DNA from: a virus
Strand: one strand, 5' to 3'
Length of the DNA stretch: 31,500 nucleotides
Virus record (IMG/VR): IMGVR_UViG_3300045988_058378
The translations under genes were made by a program, and so were the position numbers. The notes beneath the pieces are model-generated. The model made no database searches, was not told the origin of the DNA, and worked only from the letters and a program-made list of their open reading frames with translations. This document shows, one piece after another, positions 1 through 6,171 of this stretch (positions within the stretch are counted from its first letter, which is position 1; each line of letters opens with the position of its first letter).

Positions 1-157
1 CTGCATGTGGTGCAGGGTAGTACTGCATGTGGTGCAGGGTAGTACTGCATGTGGTGCAGGGTAGTACTGCATGTGGTGCAGGGTAGTACTGCATGTGGTG
101 CAGGGTAGTACTGCATGTGGTGCAGGGTAGTACTGCATGTGGTGCAGGGTAGTACTG
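1..157. repeat. Tandem array, 7.1 copies of the 22-bp unit CTGCATGTGGTGCAGGGTAGTA (iteron-like; each unit contains the dyad CTGCA-N5-TGCAG)
   Basis: Perfect 22-bp periodicity with units starting at 1, 23, 45, 67, 89, 111 and 133. Identical to 31344-31500. Confidence 0.95.
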
Positions 158-189
158 TGCGCGATATTTCCCGTACTTTTGCGATACGG

Positions 190-218
190 TTGCAATTTGT
201 CGAAATGTCGTGTATGCT
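190..218 (+). promoter_or_regulatory. Sigma-70/SigA-type promoter TTGCAA-17 nt-TATGCT driving a leaderless mRNA
   Basis: -35 TTGCAA at 190-195, a 17-nt spacer, -10 TATGCT at 213-218. The ATG at 226 lies only 7 nt after the -10 and has no Shine-Dalgarno sequence. Confidence 0.6.
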
Positions 219-225
219 ATGAGAT

Positions 226-399
226 ATGACGAAATATTACACAGTGCGACAAGTCGCCGAACACTACGCAGTAACAACGCAAACCGTCCGCAGCCTTATC
301 AAAGACGGTGAAATTCCAGCAATCAAGGTTAAAAGGGACTACCGTATCCCGGTCGAAGCCATAGAGGCTAAAGACCGAGCTGTATTTAAGGCGGCGTAA
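226..399 (+). CDS. Excisionase-family (MerR-like) helix-turn-helix DNA-binding protein, 57 aa
   Basis: Own translation: MTKYYTVRQVAEHYAVTTQTVRSLIKDGEIPAIKVKRDYRIP... This matches the Xis-type HTH pattern (YTxxEaAexLgVsxxTVrrLixxGeiPaxKvGrxyRI). The ORF is below the track length cutoff. Confidence 0.7.
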   Translation: MTKYYTVRQVAEHYAVTTQTVRSLIKDGEIPAIKVKRDYRIPVEAIEAKDRAVFKAA

Positions 400-723
400 G
401 TGAGTAGGTTAACCGCTGAAGGTGAAATAGAATGCGCGTTGAAAGCGCACATCACCCAGATGCAGGACTACGACCTTACCCCACTGCAAGAGCAAATAGA
501 GGCATTCCGAAAACCTAAACGGAAACGTCCACTAACCGCTCAACAACGCGAGCTTGAACGGGCACGTAAACGCCGATACTATCAAGCACACCGTGAGGAA
601 CGGTTACTGCATGACCGCGAACAATACGCGAGAATCAAAAAAGAATATCCCAGAAAATACGAGGAACGTTTAGCGCAGATACGCGAATACAAGCGTTCGA
701 AACGATTGGAGCAAAACAAATGA
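400..723 (+). CDS. Hypothetical highly basic protein (Arg/Lys-rich, predicted helical)
   Basis: ORF-track entry with a GTG start directly after the upstream TAA. Its stop overlaps the ssb start (ATGA). No recognisable family. Confidence 0.55.
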   Translation: MSRLTAEGEIECALKAHITQMQDYDLTPLQEQIEAFRKPKRKRPLTAQQRELERARKRRYYQAHREERLLHDREQYARIKKEYPRKYEERLAQIREYKRSKRLEQNK

Positions 724-1151
724 ACGACCCTATTCTGCTGATTGAACACGGTAGGCTTACCGGTGAGCCTGAATTGAAGACGACGAAGACGGGTAAGCAG
801 ATTCTGCAATTCACCGTGGCCGGTAATGGCTCGCATAAGGATAAGCAGACCGGCCAATATGTCGATGACTGCCAGATTTTTATCCGCTGTACCGAGTGGG
901 ATATTAACCGCGCGCAAGCCTTGCAAAAGGTATTGCACAAGGGTAGTGAGGTGCGTTTGGAGACCGCTTTCAATTACACTTGCGCGACGGATAATAACGG
1001 ACAGCCGCGCGTGTATTTCGATGCTCGATTCCCAAAGCTTACCGTGTATCCACCCCGTCCGCCGAAGCCTCAGCAACAGCAGACGGCTAATAGTCCGTCC
1101 AATTTCGACGATTTCGGCAATAGTGACGCTTGGGGTGAAACCGCATTTTGA
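720..1151 (+). CDS. ssb: Single-stranded DNA-binding protein
   Basis: OB-fold-like N-terminus (GRLTGEPELKTTKTGKQILQFTVA), a Pro/Gln-rich linker and an acidic C-terminal tip (DDFGNSDAWGETAF). Confidence 0.8.
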   Translation: MNDPILLIEHGRLTGEPELKTTKTGKQILQFTVAGNGSHKDKQTGQYVDDCQIFIRCTEWDINRAQALQKVLHKGSEVRLETAFNYTCATDNNGQPRVYFDARFPKLTVYPPRPPKPQQQQTANSPSNFDDFGNSDAWGETAF

Positions 1152-1573
1152 AAACCAAAACGCTAACGTTTAACGCGTATGGCATGACTCCCGCACCTAA
1201 AGGTAGTTACCGTTTCGTGCGGGGGCACGCCATCCCCATGAGCAAAAGGGAGAAGCCGTGGCGTAACCTCGTGGCTGATAATGCGCGTATTGCAATGAAT
1301 CGGGAACAGTTCACCCAGTTTGCCAAGGATGTTCCCGTGTCGGTGCGTATCACGTTTTTCATGTCGCGTCCTAAAACCGTGAAACGTCATATGCCTACCG
1401 TTCCGCCAGACATTGACAAACTGTGCCGTGCCGTATTGGACGCCTTGACCGATGCGGGGGTGTGGGTGGATGATAGTCAGGTGGTTGACCTAGGCGCAAC
1501 TAAAATCTACGCGTCCGGACCCCATATTGGCGCACATATCACAGTCGAAGGACTTGCCCATGAAGAAGCTTAA
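1148..1573 (+). CDS. rusA: RusA-family Holliday junction resolvase
   Basis: Motif PDIDKLCRAVLDALTDAGVWVDDSQVV is typical of RusA. The start overlaps the ssb stop. Confidence 0.8.
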   Translation: MKTKTLTFNAYGMTPAPKGSYRFVRGHAIPMSKREKPWRNLVADNARIAMNREQFTQFAKDVPVSVRITFFMSRPKTVKRHMPTVPPDIDKLCRAVLDALTDAGVWVDDSQVVDLGATKIYASGPHIGAHITVEGLAHEEA

Positions 1574-1697
1574 ACAGAACATCGGCCATATCATTGGTAG
1601 TATCGCGGCCGTGCTAGTGCTGGTTGATTTTGCGTTGGTGATGATGCTTGCTTGCATCATGCTGTTCAGACTCATTCTAAAGGCGTTAGGCTTATGA
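1560..1697 (+). CDS. Small membrane protein, 45 aa (one hydrophobic helix)
   Basis: Own translation: MKKLKQNIGHIIGSIAAVLVLVDFALVMMLACIMLFRLILKALGL. The ATG overlaps the rusA 3' end and the stop overlaps the next ATG (ATGA). Confidence 0.35.
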   Translation: MKKLKQNIGHIIGSIAAVLVLVDFALVMMLACIMLFRLILKALGL

Positions 1698-1849
1698 GTT
1701 TGACATGGAAACAGCTGGAAGCGTTGAGTATTCCGCATAATTCTACGCCGATTGACTTGAATGATCCTGAAATAAAAAGCATGATTGCGGAATGCCGTAA
1801 GCCGCATAGTGTGCAAATGGAATTGGAGGACTTTGACGATGGGTGCTAA
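1694..1849 (+). CDS. Hypothetical protein, 51 aa
   Basis: In-frame ATG within track ORF 1652..1849, coupled to the upstream stop by an ATGA overlap. Confidence 0.4.
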   Translation: MSLTWKQLEALSIPHNSTPIDLNDPEIKSMIAECRKPHSVQMELEDFDDGC

Positions 1850-2213
1850 AAAAGGAATGGTTAACAATCCGACAGGAAAAGGCGGTTTCGGTGACCATCC
1901 CGAGAACGCGTGCAATGGTAGGTGGAGGAAGGAAGACTCATACACCTACAACGTCAACCGGTATGGCCGCATGACCGATATTGAACTGCAAGAGGTTATA
2001 TTGCAAGCAAAGGGCGGCGAGCTTACACAATTCCAACGCGCCGCCTTGCAAACCGTGTTGGACATGCAGAAGCGAGAAGGTTGGAAGAAGCTAGTTGACA
2101 CTGTTGACCGCGTTGACGGCAAAGCGTTGCAACCGGTTGAACAGACAGTTAACGGCTATGTTCCACCAACCATTAATATTGAGTTCGTCAAGGGGAACGA
2201 AGATGAAAACTAG
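1839..2213 (+). CDS. Putative terminase small subunit
   Basis: GGAGGA lies 8 nt upstream of the ATG at 1839. The N-terminus NPTGKGGFGDHPENACNGRW resembles the Gly/Pro/Asn-rich N-termini of TerS proteins. Family assignment has not been verified. Confidence 0.45.
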   Translation: MGAKKGMVNNPTGKGGFGDHPENACNGRWRKEDSYTYNVNRYGRMTDIELQEVILQAKGGELTQFQRAALQTVLDMQKREGWKKLVDTVDRVDGKALQPVEQTVNGYVPPTINIEFVKGNEDEN

Positions 2214-2463
2214 CTTCTGGACGGTACGCGAATGGCTTGAATTCGTCCAACATCCAGCGGAAGACATGAGCTATGCCACAGTGCGTTTCGGCCGCTTCCT
2301 GTGGGATAATTGGCGGCTCACGCGCGGCTCGAAGACTATCCGCATGGTGAGACGTAATATTAACGGTGTCCGCTCTGGATTGATGAAAGCTTATCCGAGA
2401 GCGCAGAAGGCGTATATACTCCGTCTATACATGATTTGGCGGGATAAGGAGAGCAGAAAATGA
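2203..2463 (+). CDS. Hypothetical protein, 86 aa
   Basis: AGGGGA RBS before the ATG at 2203. The stop overlaps the next ATG (ATGA). Confidence 0.55.
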   Translation: MKTSFWTVREWLEFVQHPAEDMSYATVRFGRFLWDNWRLTRGSKTIRMVRRNINGVRSGLMKAYPRAQKAYILRLYMIWRDKESRK

Positions 2464-3228
2464 GTCTTGAAATCATTGAAACGAACGTCGCTGACCTCGT
2501 ACCCTATGCGATGAATGCCAAACAGCACCCAGCCGAGCAGGTGGCGTAGATAGCGGCCAGTATCGAAGAGTTCGGCATGAATGACCCAGTGGCCGTGTGG
2601 CATGACGCGGACGGTGTGCCTATCATTGTGGAAGGGCATGGCCGAGTGTTGGCCTTGCAGAAGCTTAAGCGTAAGACGTGTCCAGTTATTTGTCTGGATG
2701 ATTTGTCTGACGCTCAACGTCGCGCCTATACGCTTGTCCATAATCAGCTGACACTTAATTCCGGGTTCGATATAGATATGCTTAACAGCGAATTAGCCCA
2801 GATTAAAACCGATTTACCCTCGCTTGATATGGGCCAATTCGATTTACGGATTAACGATGATACGCAGGATAACGTTTATACTGCGTAAAATCGATACGCC
2901 GGTGTATACACCACAATCCGATACCCCACCCGCTCTCTCCGCGCTATATGACCATTCTAAGACCGATGAACTTTTAACGTATATTAAAGCTAACATTAAA
3001 GATACTAAGTTGCGAAAATTCTTAACGCACGCGGCTTACCGGTTCACAGTCTTTAACTACGACCAAATAGCTGAATATTATTCACACCTACCACAAAACG
3101 AACGGAAGATTTTCGAAAAACTAACCCTCGTTATCGTCAATTACGATAATGCTATTGAAAATGGGTTTATTAAAATGACCAAGACTCTACAAGCGTTAGC
3201 AGAGGAAGCGTTAACCAATGAGGAATAG
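2460..3228 (+). pseudogene. ParB/Srx-like nuclease-domain protein with C-terminal extension; the reading frame is interrupted twice
   Basis: AAGGAG RBS and ATG at 2460. The translation MSLEIIETNVADLVPYAMNAKQHPAEQVA*IAASIEEFGMNDPVAVW...IIVEGHGRVLA follows the ParB N-terminal domain pattern. The in-frame TAG is at 2547-2549. At the TAA (2886-2888) the sequence continues in the +1 frame as KIDTPVYTPQ... through 3228. Confidence 0.6.
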
Positions 3229-4072
3229 TGCTGTTTTTATTCTCACTCGTAAACGTCCGTTTAATCAAAAAACATTTAAGACACTTAAACGACAACACTA
3301 TACCGGTAAAACGTATTTTCTTTTAGACGATACTGACCCAACAATATCCGACTATATTCATGAATACGGCGAACAAAACGTTAAAATATTCAACCGTGAA
3401 AAGGTAGCCGAATATACCGATAGTATGGACAATTTCACTCCGCGTACCGGCATCCTCTACCCTCGTCAATATTCCTACGAATTAGCGCGTGATTTAGGAA
3501 TTGATTATTTTCTTCAGCTCGATGACGATTATACGAGTTTTCAATATCGTTACCCGTCCAGCGGAAAACTTAAAGGGAGAGAATATTCCGACTTTGACAG
3601 AGTCTTTGAGACTTATTACGAAGCGTTGGATGATATACCGCTTTTAACCTGTGTTGCTTTCGCTCAAGGTGGTGACCTTGTGGGTGGGCAGATTAGGAAT
3701 CCGTTTAAACGTAAGGGGATGAACGGTATTTTCTGCAAGACAGATAGAATATAAGAGTTTAAGGGTACTATCAACGAAGACGTTAACGGTTACACGACGA
3801 ACCAGCAAACCGGCGCATTATGTATGACTTATTTAAATTCCATGCTTGTTCAAACGCAAACGCAGTCAGCTAGCGGCGGGATGACGGATATTTACGTTGA
3901 TAGTGGTACGTATGTCAAAAGTTTTTACAGTGTTATTGCTAATCCTGCGGCGGTTAAGGTTAGCGTATTATGTGATTATAGTGCCGATATTCCACGACCC
4001 CGGTTCCACCATAATTGTGTTCAAAATCATTACGCACCGAAGATTATACCTTCGGCGTGTTTGCCTGTCTGA
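3218..4072 (+). pseudogene. GT-A-like glycosyltransferase candidate (DxD motif LQLDDDY) split by an in-frame TAA
   Basis: Track ORFs 3218..3754 and 3824..4072 are in the same frame. They are separated only by the TAA at 3752-3754, and the codons between them are open. The second part has no RBS. Function is inferred from the N-terminal beta-strand plus DxD pattern only. Confidence 0.45.
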
Positions 4073-4083
4073 TGTGGTATATT
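4051..4083 (+). promoter_or_regulatory. Seventh, plus-strand copy of the class-II promoter architecture (TTCGGCGTGTTT-N15-TATATT), upstream of the tRNA cluster
   Basis: Box CGGCGTGT at 4053-4060, followed by 2 nt plus a 15-nt spacer and then TATATT at 4078-4083. This is the same geometry as the six minus-strand cassettes. Confidence 0.35.
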
Positions 4084-4176
4084 ATTTCTTGGCAAGAAAA
4101 GAAATTGAGCCATCTATCTATATATATAATTTAATTCCCGTCTAGCATTCCCTTTCATTTTGCGTTAGACGGGGCT

Positions 4177-4261
4177 GGAACGTTGCGCGAGTGGTTTAAG
4201 CGGGCACCCTGCTAAGGTGCTAACTGGCAACGGTTCGGGGGTTCGAATCCCTCACGTTCCG
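4177..4261 (+). tRNA. tRNA-Ser (anticodon GCU), type II with long variable arm
   Basis: Hand fold: acceptor GGAACGT/ACGTTCC; anticodon stem GCACC/GGTGC with loop CTGCTAA; variable arm AACTG-GCAA-CGGTT; T arm GGGGG-TTCGAAT-CCCTC. Confidence 0.85.
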
Positions 4262-4447
4262 CAATCCTAACGTGAGCCTAGGATAAGCGTTAGGCGGTTG
4301 AGTACACTACTCTTGCAGTGACTCAGACGAAATATAAAAGGGCGGCTAGAGAGCATGGCCGATAGTGAGGTAACATGTGCTCTCCGGTCAACGGTTGGCG
4401 GTCGATAGGATTGCGGCGGTAACCTGCTAAAGTCCAAGCTAACCAAT
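4262..4447 (+). ncRNA. Structured inter-tRNA spacer (candidate ncRNA or processing element)
   Basis: Long-range helix CCGCAATCCT (4259-4268) with AGGATTGCGG (4407-4416). It encloses hairpins CCTAACG/CGTTAGG (4266-4294), TGAGT..ACTCA (4299-4325) and GAGAGCA/TGCTCTC (4349-4384). No tRNA cloverleaf could be fitted. Confidence 0.25.
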
Positions 4448-4519
4448 TTTCCCGTGGTGTAATAGGTAGCACGGCAGTCTTTGGAACTGCTTGTTTTGGT
4501 TCGAGTCCAGACGGGAGAG
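4448..4519 (+). tRNA. tRNA-Gln (anticodon UUG)
   Basis: Hand fold: acceptor TTTCCCG/CGGGAGA; D arm GTGT-AATAGGTA-GCAC; anticodon stem GCAGT/ACTGC with loop CTTTGGA; T arm TTTGG-TTCGAGT-CCAGA. Confidence 0.8.
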
Positions 4520-4558
4520 CGGAACATAATAGGAGCATGCGCCTATTATGTCATTGCT

Positions 4559-4662
4559 TGGGCTGTAGTTCAGTGGACAGAACGGGACGTGGCTATTTGT
4601 CGTGTCGCAACATGACTAAGTGTCACGTCTATATGTCGCGGGTTCGAGTCCCATCAGCCCCC
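4559..4662 (+). tRNA. Aberrant tRNA-like element: canonical acceptor, D and T arms, but about 30 extra nt in the anticodon arm (pseudo-tRNA or insert-bearing tRNA; anticodon undetermined)
   Basis: D arm GTTC-AGTGGACA-GAAC and T loop TTCGAGT flanked by GGG/CCC. Acceptor pairs GGGCTG/CAGCCC. Where the 17-nt anticodon arm should be, a GACGTG/CACGTC helix encloses 32 nt, including the hairpin GTCGTG-TCGCAA-CATGAC. Confidence 0.4.
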
Positions 4663-4686
4663 GAGCCGAGCGTCTATGAACATTAT

Positions 4687-4781
4687 TGGCATGAGAGATA
4701 ATGGAATGCGCCGAAATGCTCCCAGTCTGAAGCACTGGCTGGCATGAGATTGCAACTTATGCGTGTGATAATCTCATGGCA
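4687..4781 (+). promoter_or_regulatory. Repeated TGGCATGAGA motifs and a 9-bp inverted repeat around an extended -10-like element upstream of terL
   Basis: TGGCATGAGA at 4687-4696 and 4740-4749, with an inverted near-copy at 4772-4781. CATGAGATT (4743-4751) pairs with AATCTCATG (4770-4778). TTGCAA at 4750-4755 and TGTGATAAT at 4764-4772. Confidence 0.3.
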
Positions 4782-4798
4782 TGTAAAGTAAAATTACA

Positions 4799-4826
4799 GC
4801 CCCTCTAATCGCGCGACTAGAGGGGC
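4799..4826 (+). promoter_or_regulatory. GC-rich hairpin immediately 5' of terL that sequesters the only SD-like sequence (GAGGGG)
   Basis: GCCCCTCTA (4799-4807) pairs with TAGAGGGGC (4818-4826), followed by GTTTCC and the ATG at 4833. Confidence 0.5.
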
Positions 4827-4832
4827 GTTTCC

Positions 4833-6134
4833 ATGCCAATTACTAGAATACGTTGTATGAAGATTCCTGATGATTATTCTAGTCTTTTCTGGTGGACTCA
4901 CTCACTTACACCGCCCGCCCGCTATTTCGTTTTCGAGGGTGGCCGTAGTTCAGGCAAAACCACAACCATATGTCAGTCGTTAGTGTTGCGTGGAGCTGTC
5001 AAGTCTATTCGAGTCTTGTGCGCTCGTGAGTTCCAAAACTCGATTAATGAATCAGTGAAGAAGAGTCTTGAGGACTCTATACGCATGTTAGACCTTGGCG
5101 GATACACTATCACGAAAGACTCGATAGAGCACGAAAATGGGACTAGTTTCGTTTTCAAGGGCTTGCATAATGACCCCGAAACCACTGTCAAAGGTTTGGA
5201 GGGTATTGACGTTTGTTTTATCGATGAAGCGCAATTTATTTCCAAGCATTCACTGGATATTCTTCTGCCGACTATCCGCAAGGAAAACAGTACAGTCATT
5301 TTTGCCATGAATCCTCTGACACCGAAAGATGAGGTTATGGAGCGGTTCGTATGGGATGCTAACGAGCAGGTGAAAGCGCGAACCATCCACAGGCACGTCA
5401 CCTATCGTACTGCGCTCAAGGCTGGACTACTGCCGCGGGAAGTGTTGCAACAAGTGCAGGAGGCTAAAGGGTCTCCCGACTTCGCGCACATCTGGGAGGG
5501 CAAGCCGACCGATAACGTGCTTAACCGCATCATGTCGTGGCAACAATTGCAGTCCGCAGAAACCACCATCATGCCTGACGGTGGCATAACCTTTGGTGTT
5601 GACGTTGCACGACTTGGAGCCGACAGGACAGCCGTAGCAGTCAATAGGGGCGGCACTATTATCGATTTAGTCAGTTGGAACCACACGCGTTTAACGGACT
5701 CGGCGCAGACCATTAGACAACTGGCAGACCGATACAATCCAGTCGCCATTAATATTGATGACTGTGGTGTTGGCGGTGGTCTAACCGACATGCTTATTGC
5801 TGACGGAGTACCCATTCAGCCGATTAATTCCGCGTCGCGCGCGAAAGACAATACGAAATATCCCAACATCAATAGCGAAATGTGGTTTACTTTCGCTGAG
5901 AAACTAGTAGCCGGTGACATACATTTCATTCATTCACTGCCTGATAAAAACGACTTGTTCGAAGAATTAAGCACGCGTGAATGGAAACTCACGACGAAGA
6001 ATCAACGCCAAGTGCAAGCGAAAGCGGATTACAAGGCGGCAAATAATGTTGGCTCACCTGACCTTGCGGACGCGGTTTTATTGAGCGTGTACACGCCGGT
6101 TAAGTTGACAAGTTGGGATGTTGAAGTATTATAG
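4833..6134 (+). CDS. terL: Terminase large subunit
   Basis: Walker A-like FEGGRSSGKTT, then CFIDEAQ (Walker B). The C-terminal nuclease-like region has GVDVARLGADRTAV. Length 433 aa. Confidence 0.9.
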   Translation: MPITRIRCMKIPDDYSSLFWWTHSLTPPARYFVFEGGRSSGKTTTICQSLVLRGAVKSIRVLCAREFQNSINESVKKSLEDSIRMLDLGGYTITKDSIEHENGTSFVFKGLHNDPETTVKGLEGIDVCFIDEAQFISKHSLDILLPTIRKENSTVIFAMNPLTPKDEVMERFVWDANEQVKARTIHRHVTYRTALKAGLLPREVLQQVQEAKGSPDFAHIWEGKPTDNVLNRIMSWQQLQSAETTIMPDGGITFGVDVARLGADRTAVAVNRGGTIIDLVSWNHTRLTDSAQTIRQLADRYNPVAINIDDCGVGGGLTDMLIADGVPIQPINSASRAKDNTKYPNINSEMWFTFAEKLVAGDIHFIHSLPDKNDLFEELSTREWKLTTKNQRQVQAKADYKAANNVGSPDLADAVLLSVYTPVKLTSWDVEVL

Positions 6135-6140
6135 ATAGAG

Positions 6141-6171
6141 CCGGTAAAGCTTTGTTCTTTTTCTTTACCGG
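6141..6171 (+). terminator. Hairpin after terL (CCGGTAAAG/CTTTACCGG)
   Basis: 9-bp stem with a 13-nt T-rich loop and a weak downstream T tract (TGGTTGGTT). Confidence 0.35.

Noticed and set aside
1-157. Possible CRISPR array (short perfect direct repeats), and the six spaced cassettes as CRISPR-like repeats.
   Set aside because: The 22-bp units are contiguous with no spacers. The ~65-bp cassettes are separated by 0.9-2.2 kb of coding DNA and contain promoter and SD elements. No cas genes are present.
4105-4130. TTGAGC ... TATAAT as a canonical promoter for the tRNAs.
   Set aside because: The spacer is only 14 nt and the region is generally AT-rich. The class-II-like element at 4051-4083 is the better candidate, so this one is not called.
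4267-4538. Minus-strand ORFs 4267..4527 and 4323..4538.
   Set aside because: They run antisense through tRNA-Gln and the structured spacer, and they lack an RBS and any motif. The region is better explained as RNA genes.
4137-4680. A dedicated suppressor tRNA (anticodon CUA or UUA) that would explain the in-frame TAG and TAA codons.
   Set aside because: I searched by eye for U-CUA-R and U-UUA-R in 7-nt loops closed by 5-bp stems, and none was found. The only clean cloverleaves are Ser(GCU) and Gln(UUG). tRNAscan-SE or ARAGORN should confirm this.
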